A DNA stretch of 64,000 bases from Draconibacterium orientale (lineage in GTDB: Bacteria > Bacteroidota > Bacteroidia > Bacteroidales > UBA1556): positions 23,574 to 87,573 of the forward strand of contig DYSI01000001.1 in NCBI GenBank assembly GCA_020718275.1, read 5' to 3'. Positions 1-8,736 of this stretch are shown in pieces; position 1 is the first letter of the stretch; the number at the start of each line of letters is the position of its first letter. The notes under the pieces were generated by a model. It had not been told where the DNA came from. It did no database searches and saw only the letters and a program-made list of their open reading frames with translations. A program made the translations under genes and the position numbers.

Positions 1-18
1 ACAACTCAAATTATTCTA

Positions 19-270
19 ATGAAAAGTAATTCACTTAGCAGCCTTCAGGAGCAGCTTGAATGGCTTCATAGCCAGCCGAGCTGTGCCGAAAGAGACTCAC
101 TTATCAATCAAGTGCAAGACTCGATGGAGCTTCATCACGGGCGCGGTAGCGCCTGTACGTTTACCGCCGAAAAAGAGGTGGCCGTGGCCTTTCACCAGTT
201 TCTTGAAATAAAGGATAAGCTCGCATTAATTCGCGATATCCATTTAATCATTAATAACCACAATAAATGA
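19..270 (+). CDS. Hypothetical phage early/middle protein (83 aa)
   Basis: First of a same-strand run of small ORFs with stop/start overlaps (267-270, 446-452, 709-712), typical of a phage early operon. No motif recognised. Confidence 0.5.
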   Translation: MKSNSLSSLQEQLEWLHSQPSCAERDSLINQVQDSMELHHGRGSACTFTAEKEVAVAFHQFLEIKDKLALIRDIHLIINNHNK

Positions 271-452
271 AAACAGAAAAAAGCAATCAGCAGCGGTACC
301 GGCTTCACAGCCAGATACGCAAACAGGGTTTCGAGTTGAACACCCGCCTCAGAACCATCTATATTTCAGTGGAAACGACAAACCTTACTCGACAGATAAT
401 TAGGCTAAGAAACATTTATCAATACGCTATCCAAACCTACATACCATGTTAA
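267..452 (+). CDS. Hypothetical small basic protein (61 aa)
   Basis: R/K/Q-rich ORF with a 4-nt overlap on the upstream ORF. Supported only by operon context. Confidence 0.4.
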   Translation: MKTEKSNQQRYRLHSQIRKQGFELNTRLRTIYISVETTNLTRQIIRLRNIYQYAIQTYIPC

Positions 453-712
453 AAAAAATAAAACTAACAATTGAAATCGGAATTGCCGCCGCAGAGGCAA
501 TATTAGAACGAGATGGGTATAAAATATATATTCACGACTTCGGACGGTGGGAAAGCCAAATACACAATCGGCCCGTTTGGGTAGAAAGTAATGAACGTGG
601 CATAATGCTACGGGGCGAATGGCTAACCATTGAAGAGGCTTTTAACCGACTTTACATCGATAGAATAGGCGCACATTTTAGTTTTATACTTAGTAAATCT
701 GATACAATATGA
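446..712 (+). CDS. Hypothetical phage protein (88 aa)
   Basis: Overlaps both neighbours by a few nt (translational coupling). No motif recognised. Confidence 0.5.
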   Translation: MLKKIKLTIEIGIAAAEAILERDGYKIYIHDFGRWESQIHNRPVWVESNERGIMLRGEWLTIEEAFNRLYIDRIGAHFSFILSKSDTI

Positions 713-1260
713 GGTGCGTAAAATGCGGAGCTAATGTAGTGGAAGGCTACTTTAGTCAATCTCAAGGTTTCAATTGTGTGCGCTGCTGGCAGGGTAATTC
801 TCAGAGGATAGACCTATCTTCATACACGCATGATGAACTTTTAGAAATTATTAGTACAGCCAAGGAACTACTTAAAAAAAGCAGTTCCAAAAAAATAAAT
901 TTGAGATCAGGAATCAAAGCTAAATTTTTAGAAGTCTACGAAAAGCTTTTTGGGGTCAACTACTATTGGACAGGTAAAGATGCAAAATCAACGGTTTCAA
1001 TCGTTAATAAAATCAAAACTAAACTGGCCGCCAATGGTCAAATTACCGATGAGTCACTAATTAGTGGTTTTGAGGCCTTCATTACCAAAACGTATATGCT
1101 GAACGACTCATGGCTTACCCAAAACTTTAGTCCGTCGGTAATAGATAGCCAATTTAACCAAATTTATTTGAAAATTAAAAATGGAAAATCCACAAAATCC
1201 ACTGTCACTGAGAGCTTCAGGGAGCGTGTTGCCCGCCAAGCTTACGGCCAAGGGAATTGA
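709..1260 (+). CDS. Phage protein with N-terminal zinc-ribbon-like motif (183 aa)
   Basis: N-terminus has two Cys pairs (CVKCGANV ... CVRCW). The rest is unrecognised. Confidence 0.55.
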   Translation: MRCVKCGANVVEGYFSQSQGFNCVRCWQGNSQRIDLSSYTHDELLEIISTAKELLKKSSSKKINLRSGIKAKFLEVYEKLFGVNYYWTGKDAKSTVSIVNKIKTKLAANGQITDESLISGFEAFITKTYMLNDSWLTQNFSPSVIDSQFNQIYLKIKNGKSTKSTVTESFRERVARQAYGQGN

Positions 1261-1771
1261 GCGAGCCTATAAAGGTATAGGCTCTCCGGCTCAGGCCATT
1301 GAAATAGAAAGCGTAACCCTGGCAGCCCTAATACGCACCAGCACGCAGCCGCAAGTTGAGGCGCTAGTGATGGACATGCTTATACGACTTAACGATTTAC
1401 TGAATCTAAAAAGGCCGCTCACTGAGGCCGCCATCGAAGCCATTGCCGATGAGGTGGTAAACACACACTACAACTTAACACTAGCCGACATCTCAGTTAT
1501 CATGCGCCGAGCGCTGAGCGGTTATTACGGCGAGTTTTACGAGTCTATTAATATGCCTAAGGTGCTTGGCTGGTTCAATCAATACTTCGACGAGCGATGC
1601 GAGGCATACGAGGCGAAGCATTATCGCGAAAAGCACAACTATAATATACGCGCGGAGCGCTCATATAATAATTTTCAAGATGAGATTCAGAAGCACAAAC
1701 AAGCTGCGGCAGCCTACCTGAGCGGTCAATTTAATAAAGATTTAAATAACATTGAAAGCCCATTGAAATGA
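1181..1771 (+). CDS. Hypothetical phage protein (up to 196 aa; start uncertain)
   Basis: The ATG at 1181 overlaps the upstream gene by 80 nt. The next in-frame ATG is at 1370 (GTG at 1367). No motif recognised. Confidence 0.5.
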   Translation: MENPQNPLSLRASGSVLPAKLTAKGIERAYKGIGSPAQAIEIESVTLAALIRTSTQPQVEALVMDMLIRLNDLLNLKRPLTEAAIEAIADEVVNTHYNLTLADISVIMRRALSGYYGEFYESINMPKVLGWFNQYFDERCEAYEAKHYREKHNYNIRAERSYNNFQDEIQKHKQAAAAYLSGQFNKDLNNIESPLK

Positions 1772-1974
1772 TAAAAAAACAGCACCTATTGTATAAACTA
1801 AGAGTATGCAAAATGATACTCGCAACGGACGCCTTCATTGTGGTGACCGACATTAGCCATAGCAACGGCCATCACTTTAAATATCGGCTGAGAACCTATA
1901 ACATAGGCAAAAATAAAATAAAGCGCAGGCTACTGGATAATATATATAGCCTATTTAGATTTAAAATTAATTAA
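1768..1974 (+). CDS. Hypothetical small protein (68 aa)
   Basis: 4-nt overlap with the upstream stop. Basic and AT-rich. Context only. Confidence 0.35.
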   Translation: MIKKQHLLYKLRVCKMILATDAFIVVTDISHSNGHHFKYRLRTYNIGKNKIKRRLLDNIYSLFRFKIN

Positions 1975-1989
1975 ATAAAATACACCACC

Positions 1990-2292
1990 ATGAGCAAAAT
2001 AAACAAACATCAGCTACTGAATATGGGGTTCATTCCTTATGAGTTTGGGGATAGAAATGCACCTTGGGATATAGAGGATACCATAAAATTTCAAATTTAT
2101 AAAAAGGAGGTAGCAAAAGGCATATATCTGGAGTATACTGAGGGGCAGAGCCTTAATGAAGACAGTAAGGAGTGGGAACATTTAGAGCAGGGGTGGGAGC
2201 TTAGGATTCCTGAAGGCTTTGTTTTACCCATAAACACGATGGATGAGGTAATGCAAATTCAAGAGTTTTTAAAAAAAATCGTTATAAAATAG
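1990..2292 (+). CDS. Hypothetical phage protein (100 aa)
   Basis: Clean ORF with an ATG start that ends at TAG 2290-2292. The same frame stays open for 68 more codons (see findings). Confidence 0.5.
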   Translation: MSKINKHQLLNMGFIPYEFGDRNAPWDIEDTIKFQIYKKEVAKGIYLEYTEGQSLNEDSKEWEHLEQGWELRIPEGFVLPINTMDEVMQIQEFLKKIVIK

Positions 2293-2334
2293 CGGTCCAC
2301 ACTGTTCGATCAGGGTCCGAATGACTACGAAATT

Positions 2335-2499
2335 ATGTATCTATATAAGGACGCTCAAAATAACGTTCACACACGAATCATTGATGAGAGCGGAACCGCT
2401 CAAACTGTTGAGGATGGGCTTCCGACACTGGCCAAGCTATATGAAAGAGAGGCAAAGGAAATAGTATATAAAATAAAGGCTTATAGCTTTTTGAAATAA
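2335..2499 (+). CDS. Possible small ORF (54 aa), below the ORF-track cutoff
   Basis: ATG at 2335, stop TAA at 2497-2499, directly followed by the terminator. It fills an otherwise unexplained 200-bp gap. It is in the same frame as the upstream gene. Confidence 0.3.
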   Translation: MYLYKDAQNNVHTRIIDESGTAQTVEDGLPTLAKLYEREAKEIVYKIKAYSFLK

Positions 2500-2500
2500 C

Positions 2501-2540
2501 AAAAAAAACCCCGGCAGGATCTCCTGTCGGGTTTTTTTTT
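2501..2540. terminator. Bidirectional rho-independent terminator between convergent phage operons
   Basis: 9-bp GC-rich stem (2510-2531, CCCGGCAGG / CCTGTCGGG with one G-T pair, loop ATCT). It is flanked by A8 (2501-2508) and T9 (2532-2540). Confidence 0.8.
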
Positions 2541-2572
2541 GTTGCATCAAGTTCCTGGCATCGGGAAGACGA

Positions 2573-2893
2573 TTAATCGATAATTTTGAACTCACCCTTC
2601 AGGGGTTTGTGCACGATGGGCGGCAGCGGATCGGTCTGGGACTTGGTGAGTACCAGGTCGAAGTAGTAGCGGCCTTGGGGCAGGTTGGTATCAGTACTGG
2701 AAAGCTCGAAGAGCACAATACCGGTGGCGGGCTGTTCGATGGCGCCGGTGATGGCCTTGGTGGCTTCGGCTGCCTCCATGCTGCTAAGGATGAGCAATTG
2801 GGCGGTGAAGCCAGTAAGGTTGAAAGCCTCGCCCGAGGCTGAGGTAAGGGTTATGGTGCGGGCAACGGTGGTGCCGCGGCGGATGTCGTTCAT
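2573..2893 (-). CDS. Small beta-sandwich-like virion protein (106 aa), BppU-N/Ig-like pattern
   Basis: Last gene of the minus-strand late operon, with a 4-nt overlap on the spike gene. The alternating pattern (TITLTSASGEAFNLTGFTAQLLI ... GIVLFELSSTDTNLPQGRYYFDLVL) resembles receptor-binding accessory domains. G+C-rich. Confidence 0.45.
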   Translation of the reverse strand: MNDIRRGTTVARTITLTSASGEAFNLTGFTAQLLILSSMEAAEATKAITGAIEQPATGIVLFELSSTDTNLPQGRYYFDLVLTKSQTDPLPPIVHKPLKGEFKIID

Positions 2894-4815
2894 GATATTG
2901 TAACTTTAAGGGTTTGTGCGTTGTTGATTTTAACCTTGATGGCCTCCTGGTCGGAGATGGAGGCCTTGATGGATTGATTGATATAAATTGGGGCTTCCAA
3001 GGGTGCTATAATTTCCAAATCGTCAACATTATCAGCAACCACCCAAACGCCCGGGCTTACTTCCTCCAGCTCTTCAATAGAGAGGTCATCGTTGGTGACG
3101 AGCTTTCTATTAGAGGAGAAAGTGGCCAGACCTTCAGGAGAAGTGAGACCTTGTGTTTGGTTGTATTCAATATCTGCAGATGCAATGGGATTGCCATTGG
3201 CTTTGATGCCTATGAAGTTTAGAATGCGGGTGAAGAGTTTTGGGGAGGGTATAGCCTTTAGGGATATAACTTGTTTTAGGCGTGAATTTACTTGAATACC
3301 AGTAATTTTTATTGGTAAATAGTTGTCGTTTGAGACTTCAATTGTAAATGGGTTGAAATCAATCCTTATACAATTGTTGTCATTTTCAACACCACCAACT
3401 GTTTGAGCCAAAAGTTCTATGCAGAACCAATAGATTGATAGCGTTTCAATTACTCCATTTACATCTGAAATAGCGGTAGCCACAACTACCCCATTCTTAT
3501 CTTTGATATTCAGGGTAGCTCCTTGAATTGGGACTCCTGATTCCGTCACTATTGTGAAATTGGCACTATTGCCTAACTTCACTTTTGGATTTCCGTAATT
3601 GCTCGCATAAGTATAAATGTAAAATAAAGGCCTATACATTTTAACACCATTCAAAAAGAAACTGCAGTCAATAAAGTGGTTGGTAAATCCGATTTGATTG
3701 TTCCCGTTTCCTGTAATAAAAATCTGATAGGCTATATTTGTACAATTGAAAGAAAGGTCACTGAAATACTTGTGCGGCGGGTTTCCAAAAGATTGAAGAA
3801 CTGAGCAAAAAGTAACTTGCCTTGTAGGCTGGTCACTATTTACGGAAGGCAACTGGATGGCATTCCCAATCTGCACGCTGTCTATTTGCGTTTTTGAAAA
3901 ACCTTCATAGTAATTGTGCAAGAAACAATATTTCGCAGTTCCAGAACTCCACGCGTGCGCAGCTCCACTACTAAACCCCCAACAAAATCCGTTCTTTTGG
4001 TAATAAATTTGCAAATATGGAAATACTACTGCTGTGAAATTTACTTTCGCTAGTGTTGTAGAGCTTCCCCATCCACCACGTTTAAAGATGAAAATTGTGG
4101 TAGTTGTATTGCTGTAAGATGCGAATATTTCTGATGTTCCCACACTGTACATTCCTCCAAGAAATAGCAATGTAGAGGCTGACAGGTTGATTCTACCAGT
4201 AGAAGCTGGATTAATTAAAAGAGAATAAGTTGTTAATAGTTGATATTGGCTATTTGAAAGTAAGGTGAGGTATGGTTTCATGGCTATATAATCTTCACCA
4301 TTGACCATTGCACTATCCCTAACTGCATTGATAATATTAAAGGTGCTACATTCAGTTGTTGCAAGTATTTCAATCACTCCAACTCCCTTGTCGGGTCGTA
4401 AATTGAAAAAGAATTCAGAAGGCTCATATTGTTTTAAAGTGCCTAAACGGGCATTAAAGTAGTTAGTCTTAATATCGCAATAAATAGGAAATTGAGTCAA
4501 TTTAGCCCCTTCCGCGTAAGAATAATTTCCTTCTCCTGCATGATCTTGGTAAGTAGTTGCTGTTTTTTGGAAAATATAAAATCTTGTTGTGAGAGGGTCA
4601 TAGCTTAACCATGTAAACCGCACTCCTTGTCCTGCAGTTAATGTAATTTGTTTTTCTACGCCTATACTATCGTACATATACAGTGCAGCACCTGGTCCAC
4701 TATGAGAATATATACCAAATGTATAGGTACCTGCAGGAAAATTGCCCCCCGAAATAGCACTTAAACTAAAATCAGGAGCAATAGGGGGTGGTTTTATGGT
4801 GATTGTTACCGCCAT
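2890..4815 (-). CDS. Large virion protein, probable tail spike / receptor-binding protein (641 aa)
   Basis: Long ORF in the late operon. The central N/S/T/aromatic-rich region has beta-helix-like repeats (NIAYQIFITGNGNNQIGFTNHFIDCSFFLNG). One segment resembles a carboxypeptidase-regulatory-like beta-sandwich (GATLNIKDKNGVVVATAISDVNGVIE). Composition within the gene is mosaic. Confidence 0.55.
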   Translation of the reverse strand: MAVTITIKPPPIAPDFSLSAISGGNFPAGTYTFGIYSHSGPGAALYMYDSIGVEKQITLTAGQGVRFTWLSYDPLTTRFYIFQKTATTYQDHAGEGNYSYAEGAKLTQFPIYCDIKTNYFNARLGTLKQYEPSEFFFNLRPDKGVGVIEILATTECSTFNIINAVRDSAMVNGEDYIAMKPYLTLLSNSQYQLLTTYSLLINPASTGRINLSASTLLFLGGMYSVGTSEIFASYSNTTTTIFIFKRGGWGSSTTLAKVNFTAVVFPYLQIYYQKNGFCWGFSSGAAHAWSSGTAKYCFLHNYYEGFSKTQIDSVQIGNAIQLPSVNSDQPTRQVTFCSVLQSFGNPPHKYFSDLSFNCTNIAYQIFITGNGNNQIGFTNHFIDCSFFLNGVKMYRPLFYIYTYASNYGNPKVKLGNSANFTIVTESGVPIQGATLNIKDKNGVVVATAISDVNGVIETLSIYWFCIELLAQTVGGVENDNNCIRIDFNPFTIEVSNDNYLPIKITGIQVNSRLKQVISLKAIPSPKLFTRILNFIGIKANGNPIASADIEYNQTQGLTSPEGLATFSSNRKLVTNDDLSIEELEEVSPGVWVVADNVDDLEIIAPLEAPIYINQSIKASISDQEAIKVKINNAQTLKVTIS

Positions 4816-4816
4816 C

Positions 4817-5059
4817 CTACAACTCCTCCAATTCAGTTATCTGATCACTCAACCTTTGCACTTCCATCTGGCGTTGCATAGCGTCAGAATAGTAAGGGTG
4901 CATCATGCGGGCAAAGGCCATGAGCTCCTCATCGCTTGGAGCTTGCATATAATTTTGGGCTTGCAGTTCTGCGAGCCTCGCTTTAAGTTGGTCAAGGTCT
5001 ATCACCTCTGGAGTGGTGGTGTCAGGGAGAAAGAGGTTTGTGTTTGGAATACGTTTCAT
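4817..5059 (-). CDS. Hypothetical phage protein (80 aa), coiled-coil-like
   Basis: Tightly packed in the late operon (4-nt overlap upstream, 1-nt gap downstream). Contains heptad-like segments such as LKARLAELQAQ and QRLSDQITELEEL. Confidence 0.5.
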   Translation of the reverse strand: MKRIPNTNLFLPDTTTPEVIDLDQLKARLAELQAQNYMQAPSDEELMAFARMMHPYYSDAMQRQMEVQRLSDQITELEEL

Positions 5060-5517
5060 GATTTAGTAATTTTAAGGTTTAACAATAATTCTTTAGCCTC
5101 TTTTGAGGCTGAGGTATCTTCGAGTTTGATGCGGTACTGCTCTACGAAGTCGCAGAGCTCGCTATGGTTGTGGTCGGGGGTGGAGCTCTCGCGGATGGGT
5201 CGGGCGGTGGTGTCGGATCGGAAGCGTGCCAGGGCGAAGTGCAGAAGGTCGCAAAGTTTGAGGGCCGCAAGTGGGTCTGAGTGCACGAGATGGAAGTTGA
5301 TACGGATATCCGATTCCTGGGTGGTGTTGTTTTTTTGCGACCAATTGGTTGGTAGCAGCTCAAGGAAAACGGCAGGGGTTGGGAAAGGTATTTCTTCTTC
5401 GATAAACTCTAATTGGTTGTTCCATAAGTCGGCGTGCAGGAATATAGGGGCCGCCTCATCATCGGGGGTGAAGTTGAGGAGGTATGCGGTTAGGTTGGTA
5501 AGTAGTTTTGCTCTCAT
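5056..5517 (-). CDS. Head-tail connector/neck-size protein (153 aa), function uncertain
   Basis: Position is immediately after the gpG-like morphogenesis gene. Size is typical of head-completion proteins. No firm motif. Confidence 0.35.
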   Translation of the reverse strand: MRAKLLTNLTAYLLNFTPDDEAAPIFLHADLWNNQLEFIEEEIPFPTPAVFLELLPTNWSQKNNTTQESDIRINFHLVHSDPLAALKLCDLLHFALARFRSDTTARPIRESSTPDHNHSELCDFVEQYRIKLEDTSASKEAKELLLNLKITKS

Positions 5518-5560
5518 TGTATTTAGTTTAATGAGACGCTTTGTGAAGCGTCTTTACGGG

Positions 5561-6037
5561 TTATCTGGTGGCGGAGTTGAGTTCACGGGAGATCATGCGT
5601 TTGATTTCGGCTTCGAGCATGACAGAGCGACCGGCAAAGCGGCGGCGAGGTATCTTAGAGGCGAGACGGCGACCGGCTTGGCCACCCTCGTTGTGAATTT
5701 TAGCATACACCACATCGGAGGTAAAAATAATTGACTTGCCACTGAGGCGAGCCCTGATGGAGCGGCGCAGACGGCCTGAGCGGATGAGTATGGCACGATT
5801 GGCGGCAGCATTTTTACGGCTAGCACGTTGTCGCCGCCCCAGAAACACCACCCGTTTTTCTTGTTTGCGAGGTTTCCAAGGCTGAAAGCCTGAGTCGGTA
5901 AAGCCTTGATTTCGGAAGCTGTTATCGAAATGCTCCAGCGCCATGGTGCGCATATTCTGCGGTATGGTAGTGGCCATGCGGTTGCGGATATTAGCCGCAA
6001 TTTGCTTGACGGACAGGCCTTTTTGAATTATTTTCAT
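5561..6037 (-). CDS. Phage virion morphogenesis protein (Mu gpG-like family)
   Basis: 158 aa. The C-terminal pattern SGRLRRSI ... SDVVYAKIHNEGGQAG matches the conserved signature of the Mu G / virion morphogenesis family. It lies downstream of the MuF-like gene, as in Mu. Confidence 0.7.
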   Translation of the reverse strand: MKIIQKGLSVKQIAANIRNRMATTIPQNMRTMALEHFDNSFRNQGFTDSGFQPWKPRKQEKRVVFLGRRQRASRKNAAANRAILIRSGRLRRSIRARLSGKSIIFTSDVVYAKIHNEGGQAGRRLASKIPRRRFAGRSVMLEAEIKRMISRELNSATR

Positions 6038-6086
6038 AAAGAGTCGATAATTTGGTTTAAAATGATATTATCTTTGCGCTGTTTTG

Positions 6087-6155
6087 AAAGTGAAACTAAA
6101 AGAGATCGCATCGGTTTGAAAGTCCGTGTGTAGCGTAAGTTTTTAGTTTCACTTT
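6087..6155. repeat. 15-bp perfect inverted repeat spanning the MuF-like stop codon
   Basis: AAAGTGAAACTAAAA (6087-6101) and TTTTAGTTTCACTTT (6141-6155) with a 39-nt spacer. There is also a direct repeat TTTGAAAGT at 6083-6091 and 6114-6122. Confidence 0.6.
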
Positions 6156-7498
6156 TTGTATTCAAGAATTCCACTTCTGATTTCAATAATATTAGTTTTA
6201 GGTGAATAAACAGATTTAACTATAACCTTATTATCCAAGGTTTCGGATACAACCACTAAAGGCTCATCGCTATAAAATTTCAAATGAAAAGTAAGTAAAC
6301 TATCCGATTTACCATGTTTGTTTTGCAAACGGGTAGTCCAAATTTCGTCTGGTGATTTTACGGTATCTATCATATTCGGAATATCCCTTAACCGGTTGTC
6401 TCCTTTTTTTAACTTTGATATAAACTTCAATTTTAATTCATTATCAAAAAGCACCAGTCTATTTGTGATGGCGCATTTGGCTGAAAAAGAGCCTTCAGGA
6501 GTTGATTTTGATTTGGTGGAAAGATCACTCCAAAATTTGTTTAGCTCAGCCTCGTTTTCTAAAGTTTTAATGCGTTCAGGGAACCTATTTGCATTGGCAT
6601 AGATTTTTTGAATGCTCTTGAGCCCATAGTTACGCTCGGCCATTAATGGCGAAACCTTCGCATTAGGATTCAAGAAGTACGGGTGTTTGTTTAAGTCATA
6701 TATAATCTGCGATTTGCCGCTATTATTTTGGAAGATGGGGTCTTTTACAACCCCTTTAATTTTTATCCCCGCTTCATCACCGGCTAATGCACCGGAAGAG
6801 TCGGATGAGGCTAATACGTTGCACCTACACCCCCAACCGTTTGGAGGATAGATAGTGTTCCAAGACAGATCGTTGATATGCGCCTTAAAATTGTCGAGCG
6901 CGGCGTGCGAATCCCTTACGTTTGCATCGCCCGCGGTACGGTAAACAAGGAAGGCATTATTTTTAGAATCGTTGACAAAATCGACCCATTTAGAGTTCAT
7001 TTGAGCCGTAGCAATAGCGTGATTGTACTCGGTGAGCATATACCTTTTATTGAAGAGAATATTGACGCCGGTAACGTCTTTCTTGAATTGGCTGTAGGAT
7101 TTTACTTTGCCATTATCATCAATTAAGAGCTTTGCCATTTGAAGCTGTTGGTTGAGCGATTTAGCGGCTGAGAACTGAAAGATATTATTGCGCAAATAAG
7201 ACAGCATAGCATTGTCGGGACTATTCCACTCCATCGACGTTGCTGAATAATTAGCATTAAGAGCCTCCATGAGTTTGCCGGAAGTGAAGGCGAATAACAA
7301 TTGATTGATTAGCTCAGGGTTTAAATCCTCGTGCAACTGTTTTGAAACAGCGTTTAAAAGCAGCCGCAATTCATCTTCAGACACTGCAAAAGACTCATCG
7401 ACCCGACCACCGCAAGCGGGACAGGTTTGATTGTAGATAGCCGATAAGTTGATTTGCAGCGCCCCTGGTATTGGATTAACCAAACCGGGGCTACTCAA
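6149..7498 (-). CDS. Phage minor head protein, Mu F / SPP1 gp7 family
   Basis: 449 aa. Hallmark motif GDANVRDSHAALDNF ... YPPNGWGCRCNV. It follows the portal gene with a 4-nt overlap. Confidence 0.85.
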   Translation of the reverse strand: MSSPGLVNPIPGALQINLSAIYNQTCPACGGRVDESFAVSEDELRLLLNAVSKQLHEDLNPELINQLLFAFTSGKLMEALNANYSATSMEWNSPDNAMLSYLRNNIFQFSAAKSLNQQLQMAKLLIDDNGKVKSYSQFKKDVTGVNILFNKRYMLTEYNHAIATAQMNSKWVDFVNDSKNNAFLVYRTAGDANVRDSHAALDNFKAHINDLSWNTIYPPNGWGCRCNVLASSDSSGALAGDEAGIKIKGVVKDPIFQNNSGKSQIIYDLNKHPYFLNPNAKVSPLMAERNYGLKSIQKIYANANRFPERIKTLENEAELNKFWSDLSTKSKSTPEGSFSAKCAITNRLVLFDNELKLKFISKLKKGDNRLRDIPNMIDTVKSPDEIWTTRLQNKHGKSDSLLTFHLKFYSDEPLVVVSETLDNKVIVKSVYSPKTNIIEIRSGILEYKK

Positions 7499-8736
7499 AA
7501 AAAATCGTAATGCTGTTTAGAAGGTGGTTGCTGCTGTTGGGCCTGTTTCATGCCCTTAACCGGCGCATTATAGCGTTCGGCAAAGTAAGCGGGATCGACA
7601 TCGCAATAAGTAGCCAAGAAGGTATCAATAGCAAGCTGCTGTTCGGAAGTGTATTCGATGCTTTCGTCCCAGTCGAAGCGATAACCGGCTAAAGGAAATC
7701 CGTGAATGTTAGTGAGAAAAGGGAAAAGCTTATTATTGATTACGTCGCGTATAAAATCCTTATCGGCCCAAAGCAAATTATCCTGAATACGCTCGTGTAC
7801 TTCGCCTTGGGATTTGGAAGCTCCATTATCCATCGTCATCGTATTACCCAAAATACCTTTGGACATTTCGGAGTTGGCGCGGTCGATACGCTTGTCATAT
7901 ACGTTGAAAGCGTCGCCCTGAGAGCTGCCAATGATTTGTAGCGTGGTTCCTTCGGGGAATAAGCCCCATGCCGCGCTACCCATGTTGGCTAACATGGACT
8001 TGATTTCGTTTTTATCTTTGACGTCCCTGGAGTTGGTAGTTCCGACTCGTATGGGCATTCCGAATATCTCGCCAAACTTATCCCAAAAAGCAAACTGATT
8101 TTTTTTAGAAATTGTCTGGGGGCACATTTTCAGAAGTAGCCCAAGGTTTTTGTTTTTTCCAACTGATATACACCAGTCCGCAAGAGGGCTAGTCGTATAA
8201 TCCAGGCCCTTTTTAGGCTCATCACTGGCGTCGCGAATAATTACGCCAAACTCCGGTATAACGTGCTCTCTGGGGACAAGCTCCACAGAGGTGAACCCTA
8301 GCCTAGGCTCGGTGATCCTGTTACCAAATTGAATAAGGCTGTGGCCATAAAAAACCGAATCAAGGCTTAAATCAATGAACTCCTTGAACCACTCAGCCTC
8401 GAATAGCTCAGTTAGTTCTGGTTTTTCCTTCCCGTTTTTATCAACGATCTTGAAACCCATGGCCATTGTTTCTGCTTTGCGGTTGCTCATGGCCCCGCTC
8501 AAGTGAAGGTCGATTACTGCATCGTCGTAGATGAGCAATAAGTTGTTGCGTTTTGGGTTTTCGTAATTGATGGCTTGTTGCCATGCCTGCCTCCATTTAG
8601 CCACATCTTTAGCAGTAAGCTGCTTGGTTGAAATGGCTAGGTCTATTATCATTGATTGCACCTCTTTACGTGCAAGGGCGTCTCTAAAATATGCTTCGTT
8701 TTCCATATTACCAGTTGTATGAATTAGGTGAATCAC
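7495..8736 (-). CDS. Portal protein (Mu gpH / DUF935-like by position)
   Basis: 413 aa, lying between the large terminase side and the MuF-like gene, which is the invariant portal position. The acidic C-terminal region and the size fit. Confidence 0.7.
   Translation of the reverse strand: MIHLIHTTGNMENEAYFRDALARKEVQSMIIDLAISTKQLTAKDVAKWRQAWQQAINYENPKRNNLLLIYDDAVIDLHLSGAMSNRKAETMAMGFKIVDKNGKEKPELTELFEAEWFKEFIDLSLDSVFYGHSLIQFGNRITEPRLGFTSVELVPREHVIPEFGVIIRDASDEPKKGLDYTTSPLADWCISVGKNKNLGLLLKMCPQTISKKNQFAFWDKFGEIFGMPIRVGTTNSRDVKDKNEIKSMLANMGSAAWGLFPEGTTLQIIGSSQGDAFNVYDKRIDRANSEMSKGILGNTMTMDNGASKSQGEVHERIQDNLLWADKDFIRDVINNKLFPFLTNIHGFPLAGYRFDWDESIEYTSEQQLAIDTFLATYCDVDPAYFAERYNAPVKGMKQAQQQQPPSKQHYDFF

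Noticed and set aside
1181-1260. 80-nt overlap between the 183-aa and 196-aa early ORFs, considered as a possible programmed frameshift
   Set aside because: The downstream ORF has its own ATG at 1181. I see no slippery heptamer or stimulatory structure in the overlap. Overlapping genes are common in phage early regions, so this is kept only as start-site uncertainty.
2609-2903. Two plus-strand ORFs (77 and 72 aa) overlapping the 106-aa minus-strand gene
   Set aside because: They are Gly/Ala/Val-rich antisense frames of a G+C-rich gene. The minus-strand ORF fits the operon (4-nt overlap with the spike gene, terminator downstream).
4742-5734. 330-aa plus-strand ORF, the longest unannotated ORF in the prophage
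   Set aside because: It is antisense to three tightly packed minus-strand genes, one of which (the gpG-like gene) has a recognisable family motif. Its sequence is low-complexity and R/S/G-rich, as expected from reading a G+C-rich coding region backwards. It has no motif or operon context.
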